Position numbers and translations under genes: made by a program. The notes beneath the pieces are model-generated. The model did not search any database. It saw only the letters and a program-made list of their open reading frames with translations, and was not told the origin of the DNA. Source: Spizellomyces punctatus DAOM BR117 (lineage: Eukaryota). Taken from it: a stretch of 64,000 nt of DNA. Shown piece by piece: positions 13,959 to 26,045 of this stretch (position 1 is the stretch's first letter; every line of letters starts with the position of its first letter). The DNA is taken from the NCBI GenBank assembly GCA_000182565.2, contig KQ257464.1; one strand, 5' to 3'.

Positions 13959-14747
13959 CTAATGACTTCTTGGACCTGCTACCACATTTGCCCGTTGCAT
14001 CTGTGCCCCTCTAACAGTACTTGCCCTCGCGCCAGGTCTCGCCTTCCTCTCTCCATCTACTGTCTTTGTGTCTACATCACCTTTTCGCGTTGAATTTCGA
14101 GAGGGTGAGTTTGGGTCATGGGATGCTGCACGTGTCCGGTCAGAGAGAGTCAGTGATGAAAGCGACGTGGTCAAAGGTTTGACTCGTGACGAGATGGAAG
14201 GCGTGCCGGAAGTTACTGGGGAAGGAGATATGGATGTTTGGTCGTGTTGTGGGAGTTGTTTTGTGACACGTTCTAAGGAGAGGGCAATCGGGTCATACCA
14301 GTGCTGCTTATCATATATTAGCTCTCCAAAGTGATCAGATCTATTTGGCTATGCTGAACCAACCATTGCCGCTTCATAATCTCGATTGACCGCTTCATAC
14401 ACAGGTTTGAACTTTTTCTCCCACTCCTCACGTTGGTCCTCTTGTTCTGCCTGCTGTTTTTGAAGTAGTAGCGCCTGTTGAAAACGCATTGCTAGCAGGG
14501 ACTTCTAGGGGTTGGGTGTTCTGAAGTAGTTCTTGGGGAATGGAGAAGGAATTGCGGGGCAGGAAGACAGTAGTAGGTAAAGGATTGATCGATCGCGAAA
14601 TCACATGACTGTTTACATAATACCCAGCCCACGATAGACAAGGTGTTGAGCTGGAGGTGTGTGTACGCTGCCCAACTGGCTCCTAGGGAAAGAGCTGGTA
14701 GGTCGTAAAGTGTAAGGCGTTTGGAGGCTTTCCAAGCATCCTGACAT
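13959..14747 (-). CDS. Hypothetical spliced protein (short coiled coil plus Ser/Thr-rich tail)
   Basis: Plausible exons ALLLQKQQAEQEDQREEWEKKF... and ORF 13959-14174 bounded by GT-AG; start and exon joins uncertain. Confidence 0.35.
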
Positions 14748-15047
14748 GTACGGCTAGATTTCTTAGAGTTATTTGATATTTGGGATTTCAATGATACTTT
14801 GAGATTACGATGAATTATTGTATCGGACAATGAGTTTTAGATGCCATGATGAGGCCAATAGAACATCCAAAAAGCATGGATAATGAATCTCCCTATGTTG
14901 TGCGCAGATTGGGAGCGACGCAAGGCAAACATGACCTATGAATTTTTTTGATGGGACATGAATACAGAAAATCAAAGTATAAAGTAGCTGCGGATGGGCA
15001 GATTAGTGCTACAAGTGCTATGGACTCCAAATGCGGAAGATGCTTGG

Positions 15048-16028
15048 TTAAGAGGAACGTTCTTCGAGGCGGCCATCGTTATCATCTTCCAATGGTACCG
15101 ATTCTGTCGACACATTCAATGGAGAGTCTGGCATTTGCGACTCGGTCACAATCGAATCAGTATCGTCTTCTTGCTTGAAATTGATACGTTCAACAGCATT
15201 TTGATGTTCTTCGGTGTTCAGAAAACGCTCCCAATCTCGTGACTCTCGCAATGCAAGGTCTTCTGATCCAGCTGGCGAAATTGGTCGTGCTGAAATGGCT
15301 AGTTCATATACAATCACAAGACGTTTACCCCGGTGTAATCTTCAAAATGGCAGGTTACCTGATAATGCAGTAGGATCTCCATCTGATATGCGCCGTGGAG
15401 ATGTCGGCGGGGGTGAGTTGAAATGAGTTGACGCACGGCAGCTCCCCTCATCCACAGCATTTTTCGACCCAGACTCAGGCTCGTCATCTGACATGCGCCG
15501 TGGAGATACCGGAGGGGATGAGCTTTCACGAGTTGATACACGACAACTCTCTTCGTCCACAGTATTGTTCGACCTGAACTCGTGCTCGATTGGATCCTCA
15601 GTAAGGGTCAGATCCCGCTCCGGAGAATCAATCCGTTGCTTGCATCAATGTAACTCAGTGATAATCCAATGGAGCCATTCGATACGCTGGTACACACCTT
15701 CTTGATTTTGCGCCTAAAAGGGAACCCCTCAATAGCTCCCAGAGCAATCAGATCCATCGAAACACCCCCAAACTCTGCATTTCTCATAGAGGCGGTATCC
15801 TCGCTACGAGAATTCCCAGAGCTCGGCGTGCTTGGAAACTTTTTCTTCCATTTGCTGCACACCGGCGTGGAAAACTGTTGCTTTAGCCTCTTCCGACTGA
15901 AAAACTCCCGTTGCTGTTGCGGCCACGGTCCTTTTAGTATCGGGACAAATGTACCTGCCAATAACTTGTACCTTTTGAAGCTCCATTTTATGCTTTGCGG
16001 ACCTGTGGGATCCCGTTGTCCAATTCAT
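15048..16028 (-). CDS. HEIP1/REDIC1 (C12orf40)-like meiotic crossover protein
   Basis: Removing a 58-nt intron (15971-15914) gives MNWTTGSHRSAKHKMELQKQREFFSRKRLK...VSMDLIAL, which resembles the family N-terminus MNWVGGSR...KQKEYFEKHRLK...SLDLLNL; the rest is low complexity. Confidence 0.7.
15376..15588. repeat. Two-copy diverged tandem duplication, period 105 nt (35 aa), inside a coding exon
   Basis: atgcgccgtggagat at 15388 and 15493; peptides VDEESCRVSTRESSSPPVSPRRMSDD / VDEGSCRASTHFNSPPPTSPRRISDG. Confidence 0.9.
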
Positions 16029-16199
16029 GGCGCATGGGTCAATGTATGAGTGGTGGGAAGGGATCTGAGAAAGAACAGCGAATTCAGGAACCCTAACCCA
16101 TTGCGTGGCTGTGCAATCAATTACCACCTTCTACAAGGTTCATCATGAACTTTTAGATGCTAATAATACCTCTATCCATACGTCTATCTGTGATTTACA

Positions 16200-17209
16200 T
16201 TAATGAATAGCCCCTGCTTTCTTGGCTGCCTCCAAAATTCTGTTGACTATCTCATCAACGCCCACACCATTCTTCACTTGGGCGAAAATAGTCGGGCCAC
16301 CATCACGCATCCGATCTGCATCACGACGCATCACTTCAAGATCTGCACCAATGAAGGCGGCAATATCCGTCTTATTCACAACGAGTAGATCAGATTGAGT
16401 AATGCCGGGACCACCCTTACGCGGGATTTTGTCCCCACCGGACACATCGATCACATATATGATATAGTCCGCCAGCTCGCGTGAGTAATTCGCTAAAGTC
16501 GACACAACAATGATAAGATATGAACCAAGTACTCCACGAATATGCACACTGACGACTCACCAGCCAAATTGTCGCCCCCGCTCTCGACTAACAATACTTC
16601 CGTTCCAAATTCTGCCTGCAACTGTTCCAACGCCTCCAAATTGGCAGAGATGTCTTCTCGAATCGCGGCGTGAGGGCACCCGCCTGTTTCAATAGCGCGG
16701 ATGCGCGCAGGATCTGGGAGTGCTTGGTGCCGAATAAGGAATTCCGCATCCTCTCGCGTGAAAATATCATTGGTCACGGCCGCTATGGACCGTTTGGTAT
16801 GGAGAGCTTGACAAAGGGCAAGCTTCCGAGGATGTGAGATTGGTCGCAAATATCTTGCTATTGATTAATGAGGAAGAACAAAGTACCTACCATTAGTGCA
16901 GTCTTTCCGCTCCCTACAGGTCTGGTGTCCGGTTAGCGCATCAGCATCAAACGAGTACCAAACGAGTAACATGCCTTACCCTCCAATTCCAACTGTGAAC
17001 GCTCTCTCTGTCCAGTTTCTAACGCCGTACAGGGGCTGTTCTCTCTCCTCGTAGCGTCCCGGAGAGTCAAGATGCTCGTGTGTGTGACCGTGTTCATGCG
17101 TATGATCATGAGAGTGACTATGCCCATGATGACCGTTGTTGTCGCTGCTTGCGTAGGAAGGGTGATGCACTTCCACACGAACAGTTTTGGTGTTGGCTGC
17201 TGCAGACAT
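16200..17209 (-). CDS. ureG: Urease accessory GTPase UreG with His-rich N-terminus
   Basis: [78 protein letters not shown]. Confidence 0.97.
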
Positions 17210-17641
17210 GGTGAAAGTCGTGAAGGGGCAGTTAGAGTGGCAACCTTGGAATTGATACGAGATAAGGGCTGGCGATCGTGGTGGCTTGGGGCCTTGCTGT
17301 GTCATCCAGGAGAACGCCACATCGGGATGCTGACGATCATGGAAGGCAATAGGCTGGCGACTCTTTTTGAGTATTCACCAGGTTGCATTGGAAATTTATG
17401 TACACTCCCAGAGATGCTTAATCGTATCGCTATCCTTCTTGTTATTGACTCTATCGGGCCTGCCTCTGTATTGTAGACATTATAATCCGAAGGATAAACT
17501 CGAGAGCTAGATAATATATTTCTATATAATACAACGATCCAATGCACGTTGACATCAGACAAGAATCCGCAGGCCACTTGCATCCCCGTGCCGGATAAGT
17601 CCCGCACGGCGCACTTATGTACACGATTACACTGTTTTGTT

Positions 17642-19715
17642 TCAATCCTCCATCCCAGCCCGCAACCGTAGCGCTTTAACCCACACTTCCCCGGCTGCAA
17701 TGATAACTGCCATGACAATGAGAATGATGATAATCCACGTAATATATGTCATCTCGTTCGAGTTCATGTGTTCTGTCAACATATCCAAGAGATCTGAGAT
17801 GATGTCGGCACGAGTGTTTAGGAGTTTGGCTCGCTGCGATATTTCGAGGTAACCTATCAAGTGTGTAAGAGTCTTGATCTCATTTCAGTCCGATACGGAT
17901 TGATTACCTCTTATGGCATTGTACAAGCCCTCAAGCTCAGGTTCACTCCAGAACAACTCGGGGGTATCTACAAATACGATGTGGCATCTCAGCTAAAGGT
18001 AACGTATCACCGTCATCCCGGCAAGCACTAACCCAGAACATTGCTGATCAGATTCACGTTCATCCTCAATTTGAAGAGCTGTCCGACAATCTTCATAATG
18101 TCCGTTCGAGTCATCCTGACCTCACCATGCTGCGCCATAGTACGTGGCAGAGGAATCGTGCCGTCAATCGTCTCCTCCATCACGTTTTCAAAGAAAGCCA
18201 GCTTCACCGACTGTGCGAGACCGTGCGAAATAGTCAGTTTAATAAGTGAACTCCCACTCTTCAAACTACAGAGGTTGAGGCGCACAGTTGTTAGACTCAT
18301 CTTACGATAGAGTAAGAAACCAAGTGATTACTGACGTTATCATGTCATTGAAAATTCGAGGTTGATGTGGCCCAGATAAGTCGTATTGATAATGGAAATC
18401 TTCATTCTGGACATCATCTGTTGTGTACCGACGTCAGTGGGAATAGGCGAAGGCATAGCTATGAACTCCTCAGCATACCAGGAGGGAGCATTCCAACCGC
18501 CCATCTCCGTATTATCTTGAGATATGCGGTCTCCTCTTCTTCGCTGAAATTCCAAAACACTATAATTTCGAAAGGTGAAACCTTGGGGACATACGTTTGC
18601 TAGAGACCTGCCTGTGACATACCTGCGACACCATAGTCGAAAATAAACACTTCACCGCGAAGCATCCAAGCAGGCTGGGAAGGTGTTTCCTCATACGAGT
18701 CTACGTGTATTGGTTGACTTTCATCGTGATGAAAACGTGGTATTTCCGGGAATTCCGCATAGCTCCCAGGTAAAAAGGCCGTCGATCGGGGTGAGCTCGC
18801 CAGTACGTCGTTTACCGTACTAGTCGAAGATGTGTTAATTTGCAGAAAGCTGGAACGCCCGCCCGTACTTATTTCACTTACGCGGTCATCTTCATTGGTC
18901 GCGCTTTGGCGGGGTGTGGTCCAGCAAATCGGGCTTGGGCTTCCGGCTCGTAATATACATAAAGACACTCATCATACTTTTTAGTTGAGACCTGATGGGT
19001 ATTTCGCAAGAATTTGGCTGTGGTAACCAATACAATTAGTCGGCGTCCGGCTGATGATCACTATCGTAATTTCCGGATCTTACATATTTCGCCGATTTTG
19101 TAACCTTCCGCAATGCAGTAGCTGGTGACTAAAGTCCGTGATATTCAGTTATGAGCCTGTAACTGATACAGGGAGCTGACGTGAATTGAATACCTCGGGG
19201 CATTTTTGTTCGCTGATCCTTACTCATACGTTCCGCCTCCGTTCGAGCCGCGTCGGGGACGATATCTGGTACTACTACTTCGTTATAGCTCAGATACCAT
19301 GGTTGCTGCTCATTGTCATCAATCCCAGGCGTAGGTTGAGAAGGGGCTAACGGGCCAGTGTCGTCGGGAAAGAGCACCAGCTTCTGCGTTGTCTTGGTCG
19401 TTCTCTGAGGGGTAATCTGGCGAGTGCCTCTTCGAAAGTCCCGATTGCCGCTCAAAAATGAACCGCCTCGAGCTTGCACCTGTGGACCTGAGGGAGGAAA
19501 ACTGGCGCCATAATATGGTGACAAAGGGGAAGTGCGCTGGAAGCAGCCGTGAGCTATTTTCTCCAGTTAGTCTTCACAACTACAGTCCGTCCACCTACCG
19601 GGAATGAATCTACATAAGGGTTGTGGTTAAGTGCATCCGCTGGGCGCGTGGCTGCTGGCAAGTTAAACTGAACGTGATGTGTGTCCGCTCGAACGGTGGG
19701 TGGTCGACGTTTCAT
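17642..19715 (-). CDS. RMD1: Rmd1/RMND1-family (DUF155) protein
   Basis: PQRTTKTTQKLVLFP, EVFIFDYGV, KLTISHGLAQSVKL, LRMNVNLISNVLDTPELFW, YLEISQRAKLLN and C-terminal TM ITWIIIILI. Confidence 0.88.
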
Positions 19716-20101
19716 CTCGCTGGAACTAGGAACTGGTCACGGACACAGGAAAGGTGCGAAGGAAACCCAAGAAGCTTGATAGCGTGGGAGAAGCTAGTCG
19801 TCTTTTCCGCTAATTCCAGTATCGCTTTTCGCCCAGTGCAAGATCACAAAGATCAGTAAAGTTATGGCTTTCCCAAATATCCTTCCCACAGACGTGCGTC
19901 ATTAACCTATGGAAGGGTTCGACTCTCGACGCAGACACTTTCAAGCGACGAGCAAAAGATTTTCGCAAGCGCGATCTTCGGACACAGATCCCGACAGTAA
20001 AGTCACATCTTGCTTCTGGTTCGTTGTGTTTTTTGGAAAAGAAATACCAACTCTTCCAATATCCGCATCCCCATTGACCGGTATTGACCCCTCACCACGC
20101 A

Positions 20102-21268
20102 ATGGAAGTTGATGATGTACCCGAAGTAAGGCCTTTTACCGATTCAATGGCTACTCAGTCAAGCTGACTGGGCTTGTCAGCTCCCACCATCTCTCCGAAT
20201 AGACGAGTCTCTCAAGCAACCTCCACCACCGTTAAGACGAATAGGTGAATCACAAGGGAGCAGCGAAAATGGTGCAAAAGACACTTCAGCGGCAAAGCCT
20301 GGCAATGACAAACAGAGGGTGGACAAGGAAAAGAAGGACGGACGCACGAAGAAGCGCGAATTAGTGAAACTTGACGCCGAAAAGTACTTATCCCTCGTAC
20401 AAATCTGCTCGCCCTCTAGGTGCTGACGTGCGCTATACTCCAGACTGCTAGGTCCAAGTGGTCTTCCCCGCCTCCGACACCTGTCCTCCAAACTTACCTT
20501 CAAGGGCAAAGGTCACGAGGTGCTCTTCCGTTCATGTGCATCAACTCCACATTCATCGAGTTATCTCACGCTTCATCAGACAGAAAACCTCCGAAAGCTG
20601 ATTGCATTTTATCAAATATGGGCTCATAACCTCTTTCCCAAACTCAAATTCGCCAGCTTTATCGAGCGAACGGAGAAAGTTTGTCGAGAGCGAAGAATGA
20701 AGGTATTTGTATTTTTCGCTGAAGTGCATATAAAGCGATCTCATTCATGGTGCCATTGGAAGATCTTCTTGGAAGCGGTCCTTCAAGAAGAGCGACGAAG
20801 AAAAACAGGGATAACGGACGATCAGATGGATAGTAATGATACTACAATGATGGAAGGTGATGGCGACGGTGAGTGAAGATTGGAATCTGAGGTGGACCGG
20901 AGGAAGTGACGCTTAAGCGCGCTGTCGCAGATCATTTGGGACTGTTTACGTCCGACTCACAGCCTGGCGGACTGCCGCAAACTGTAAGTTCCGCTTTACC
21001 TTCAATGGAATCGCTGGCGCAGGAGTATTCACTTGACCGGATCTAGCCCAATATGGACCATGGAAATACCGGGATACATATATCTGGATCACAACCTCTT
21101 TCACCATCAACCCTCGCCGCAATATCTGCTAACAAGGAGCGCGCTCTTGCCAAACTTGCAGAAAAGAGACGACAAAGAGAGCTTCAGGAGCAGAGAGAGG
21201 AGGAGGAAAGGATGATAGCGGAAGCTGAAAATGCTCCGTTATTCGCAGAGGATGAGGATATATTCTAG
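20102..21268 (+). CDS. CSM3: Replication fork protection subunit Csm3/Swi3/TIPIN
   Basis: KLDAEKLLGPSGLP..FKGKGHE..NLRKLIAFYQIWAHNLFPKLKF..IERTEK; C-terminal NKERALAKL. Confidence 0.88.
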
Positions 21269-21606
21269 GCCGATGTCATTTGTCGGTCCCCATGCAGCCG
21301 GCGAAGGAGTATGCGATGTTACGACATAAAACCAGCAATTACGTGCTATCTGACCAGCACAAGGATCGATTCCGGATGTAGGACCAGAAATGGATACGAA
21401 TATGACTTCCCGACAATGCCGAGCGGTCTTCAGAAACCGGAAGCCATATATTACACGATCCCTATATATAGAAAGCCCCATGTCAACGTATCCCAGCCTG
21501 TGTTCTAGACTCTCTTACAATAGAGTTTTGCCGACCGGATCAGCCTTTATATGGCTCCCACAGCATAGCTATCTACGCTGCGTTAAAACACCTCCATTTC
21601 GCCCTC

Positions 21607-22979
21607 CTACTCATCATCGCTTTCCTCCTTCTCCTCAACTGGCTCTACCCAAACCACTCCACCATTTCTCAAACCAAGCTGTTTCAAGCTTTCCGTGAAA
21701 TCATAGGGCACAAACCTGCCGCCATCGTGATCATTGAAGGCATCTCCACCAACGATCATCCCGACTCTAAATCGTCGCGCACTTCCAAAGACTGCATCGT
21801 AAACGCTGCCTTTCCATGTACCTTTCTTTCTTTTCTCAGATTCTAAGCCAAGTTGTCGTATGGCATGGGCATCTTTCGTAAGCAGTCTTTGGAGCATGTC
21901 GACGGATATATCGAGAGTTGGTACGTATACAGTCGCTCCAGTGGACGAAGCTTGCATGCGGTTATAGAGGCTCTTGGCGCTGCGTTTTGGTGAAGAACCA
22001 GAGAGGGAGGTGACTGTGTGCGGTGTAGGTGGACGGTGGGGGTTAAAGAGTCGCACATTTATGTGGAGCGAGTGCTGCGTATGTGAGATTGGCTGCCGTG
22101 CAATGATTCACTATTAGAGTGTAATGAATGGCAGGAGAGAGACAGGAGCTATCACTTACTCCGCCTCTGATGTAAGCTGAATCTCGCTCAAAGTATTCTC
22201 GTCCCCATTTCGGTTCGATGCTTTGACGAACTACGCTGTCCGCTTCCTGTTCAAATTCCTTTGGACGATTGTGATGCGTCTCACCCCATTCGTAAACGTC
22301 GTCCATGCCTTCGTTCACTGGAAAGCCGTGTTAATTTACTAAAGGGATACGAATAAAAGGAGATTAAAAAGTCGCCACTCACTGATGTCCTCCATGGTCT
22401 CGTACATATCCAGGCGCGTGTCGTACTTTTCTTGCCGCTGCTGTACAGTCTTCAGATCTTCTTCTACATTCGCGTATCGTATACCCTAACACGCAAAATC
22501 ATTTAAAACTTTAGGAAATATATGACCGTTATCGGTAGGAGTTGCACATCCACCTTGATGGCCTCTACTTCAGCTCGATTAACAACGTGGTTTGACACAA
22601 AGAGCTGTGCTCTGGTATCAATCATAACAGCAGCCTCAAAATTACGGTCTGAGGTAACCCGGTAGTGAGAAATTTGATGTGAAAGGCATTTCGCTTTGTG
22701 GATATCGCCTTTCTGGGCATAAGATTTGAGCTGGGACATCTGGAAGGATGGCGAAATTTGTCAGGACAGCTAATTGTATGCGATGCAACCGGCAATACCA
22801 ACCAAATGCCTCTCTTTTCGCTCCAGATCTCCTCGGTCTCGCCTCAATTCACGTTGGGCTCGGTCTGCATTGACTCTTGCTTCACGAAGACGTCGATCCC
22901 TCCGGAACATCGGTCCAGAGATGAACCAGGAGTCTAGTCCCTGGAGAATTCTGGCATTCGTAGAGGTCGGAGTCGCCAT
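21607..22979 (-). CDS. Divergent ESCRT-III (Snf7 family, Vps2/CHMP2-like) protein with C-terminal ubiquitin-like domain
   Basis: RAQRELRRDRGDLERKERHLMSQLKSYAQKGDIHKAKCLSHQI..; METMEDIMNEGMDDV..EQEADSVVRQ-type helices 4/5; final exon ends SLKQLGLRNGGVVWVE. Confidence 0.7.
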
Positions 22980-23233
22980 GGCTGATCTCTGAAAACAGCA
23001 AGGATTGCGAAGGTTCTATGGTAATAGTTGAGCGAATTCTATCTTTACAAGGCTGAATATCTTGAGGAGTTCGGAGTATTACCTAGATGTCGTCAGCCTC
23101 TGCGCCACGTTGCTGTGCCATCTGCGAGATACCCGTAATGCAGTACTGCAATGCGTGAGCATGTTTATTTCTACGCTTCAGCAAACATTTACAGGCTCAA
23201 AAACTCTACAAAGCTAAAGCCAAAAGGCACATG

Positions 23234-24721
23234 CTATGGTGTATTGGCCGCTAAAGAGACAGCGCTATCTCTAATATTCTCATCTGAGGAGAGAAACTCT
23301 CTCACGGCGACGGCCCTATCGGGATGGATGGCAAGCGCTACCTGCCCTGCCCTTTCGATTGACAGTTCCGTTGGTCGTTGTATATGTATGTATTCCCCAT
23401 CTGACATAGGTTTCATGCGTTAAATGAGAATTGAGATTCAAAGACAGAACATAGCGTCCACCTACCAATGTACACATAAGTTTGGGCAAGGTCCTGTTTC
23501 GCGCATACATAGAGGTGAGCAAAAAAAGCTGAGATGAGCGACCCTTTACTCTTCACAGTTATTACCTTCTGGCTGGTATCAAATACAATCTTCAGAGGGC
23601 ATTCAACTTGTCCGAGGGCATCCACATCTGTCTCCTTCCGAAATGCCGCAAGGAAGTTATTCACCAAATACCGATGTTTGCAAGGATATACAAATGCTTC
23701 TAGTTTGTTATCATCAATTTTTTGTGATGGCATGTGTCGCGCATCCGCTGATGCGTTCCAATTCCAGAGCGAATGGTCTTTCCCTCCTGCTACTGGGATA
23801 TTTTGAAGGTTCAATTGGATCGCAGTGTGCGATGCGAGCATGGTTGGTGACCACGACGGAGTTTGAGAGTGTATGGCAGATATGACGTGGTTGATGTGGG
23901 GGTGCGGCAGGAGGAGTTGCTATAATAGTGATGATAGTTCTGGCTTTTAGCGTTGTTATTTCCAAGAAACTCGGCAAAGTCCTTACCCGAAGCACGTTGA
24001 AGCTGGAGATTAGCATGTTACAGATCCGTGAGCTTGACCGATGCTTTTCAATGAACCGACCGAACCGCGCTTCAAGGCCAATGCACACTTGCAGCATCAT
24101 GTAGTGTGTGTCACGGGCGGGTTCATCAAATCTATAGTCAGGATGACTCTGCTTAGCCTCGTCATCCCTATCTTTAGACCCAGAAACCTCCACTCGCATT
24201 AGATCCACCATTGCGACGGGCGCTTGTACGATCTTCTCGATCAGATCTGATAATGAGTCCATGTAGTCCTTTGGCATCGAACTGCCCCATCCGAGAAAGC
24301 GGGCCAGGATGTTTGCCGTACCAAAGGGTAAAACGGCAAAGACAACGCGTTCACTGAAGACAGGTACACTACGTTCATTGAGCGCACCAACAATTGCGGG
24401 AACTGTACCGTCTCCACCGCATGACAACACCCAGCAATTTGGTCTCGGTCGACCACACTCCTGGTTCTGCTTATTCAGAGATAGTTCGATTTGTTTTTGA
24501 ATATGCTCCAAGCCTCGATTGAACGATTCCGTGTCGCGAAGATTGTAGCACCATAAACGCGCATTGGGCAATACTTTGTGGGGAACGGGAAGTTCGGCTA
24601 GCTTCTTGGCGAGCCGGCTCCCACTGCGCGAATTGTATATTGCTATGAGTGTCAGTTGCTCGTCGTCGCCATCGCTTGTACGTTCGGAATCGGCACTTGG
24701 CGACACGGAATTTGAGACCAT
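23234..24721 (-). CDS. Diacylglycerol kinase family (DAGK catalytic + accessory) protein
   Basis: IYNSRSG, VLSCGGDGTV, VLPFGTANILARFLGWG, IGLEAR in ORF 23714-24808; spliced C-terminus. Confidence 0.85.
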
Positions 24722-24799
24722 CTTGGGTTGCAAGCACCAATAAAAACAGGAGGATTTGGTATTAACGGAAAGCTTAAAAGCTTGCTTACTCGAAAGACC

Positions 24800-24820
24800 T
24801 GACGTCACGAGTCACGTGAT
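24800..24820. promoter_or_regulatory. Adjacent CRE (TGACGTCA) and E-box/CDEI (GTCACGTGAT) in the DAGK/MscL divergent intergenic region
   Basis: tgacgtcacgagtcacgtgat read directly, about 80 nt upstream of the DAGK ATG. Confidence 0.45.
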
Positions 24821-25172
24821 TTGTAATTATGCGATAAGATGCTCAGATCGGCACTCTAAATGATGGCTGTAGCGCTGGGTTAATCATCACGGAGGTATGG
24901 TCTAAAGGATCTCAAATCATGTTGAACGCAATACGTTGATTTCAAAAGAAATTGTCTAAAAGTTACTGTCCAATTTGCTTCTGGGGCCCGTAGGGAGGTG
25001 AGTATGGGGATTTACGGCTGTGGCAGTGAAGGAGGAGCGCGCTAGCTTGTTACGTAATGACCAACGTCATTGTTTGACCTGCAGCTGGTCGTGTGGTTTT
25101 CGCTGCACCTTTTAAAAAGAGTAGGAAGGTAGGATTCAATCGACTTGTACATAAATCTCATCAGTGTTTACA

Positions 25173-26045
25173 ATGGATACGGATACGGTCAAACTCCGTC
25201 ATGTCAAATCTGCAATCACCGACGTACCAAACGGAGAACCCAACAAGACAAAAAGTGCCAATGTGAGCAAAAGCATTACAAATGTCATCGAGAAAAAGCT
25301 TTTGGATCCTGAGATCTACGTGCGGTTCGTACAAGGATTTGCTGGGTTCCTGGCAAAAAGGGTAGGTCCAGTGTAGGGTCGTCGTTCTGGCCCGTCAAAA
25401 GTCTACTACTGACGCACCATCCAAAAGAACCTGATCGATACTGGCATTGGTCTTGTCATTGGTACCGCTTTTTCAAACATGATCCAGACATTTGTTGACG
25501 ATTTGCTTACCCCTCTGCTTGGTCTGATTGTGGGTTCCCGCATGTCAAACTGGTTCATTGTTTTGAGAAAGGGAGCCAAGGCATTGCAATATCAGCACGA
25601 GTCCACACATCGTTATAAATATGTGACTATTGAAGAGGCAGCACGCGATGGTGCGGTGACATTGAACGTTGGGAGGGCGGTGGAAAGCGTGGTGAGATTT
25701 GTGTGTCTAGCTGGTGCTGTGTTTGCCCTCTTTCGAGGTAGGCTTGGTATATTTCACTGTGAAAGAATGTGGCCCGGCGAAATTAACCATCTTTCAGTTG
25801 CAATGAGAACTTGGGAGGCGCACAAACGTACGTTGGGACCGATCCTTTTTCCGGACGAACATAGAGACCCAAAGGCCAACGAGTCTGAATCGTCTGGGGA
25901 CGCCACTCGTGAATGTCCCTTTTGCACATCGCAAATTCCTTGTCGTGCATCAAAGTGTCGTTTCTGCACTGCGGATGTCTCAGGTATCGCAGCGCCATAC
26001 AGTACAACAAAAGGTTCCATGGGCTTCACAGGGAAGGAAGAGTGA
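25173..26045 (+). CDS. mscL: Large-conductance mechanosensitive channel MscL-like, with C-terminal CxxC-x10-CxxC zinc ribbon
   Basis: Spliced FAGFLAKR|NLIDTGIGLVIGTAFSNMIQTFVDDLLTPLLG (TM1); GAVTLNVGRAVESVVRF (TM2); ECPFCTSQIPCRASKCRFCT; introns 25362-25427 and 25738-25797. Confidence 0.88.

Noticed and set aside
17072-17135. His-rich tract in UreG
   Set aside because: Known feature of plant and fungal UreG (nickel binding); not novel.
15048-21268. Apparent 'meiosis cluster' (HEIP1-like, RMD1, CSM3)
   Set aside because: RMD1 and CSM3 have meiosis-derived names but general functions, and ureG intervenes; no evidence of a functional cluster.
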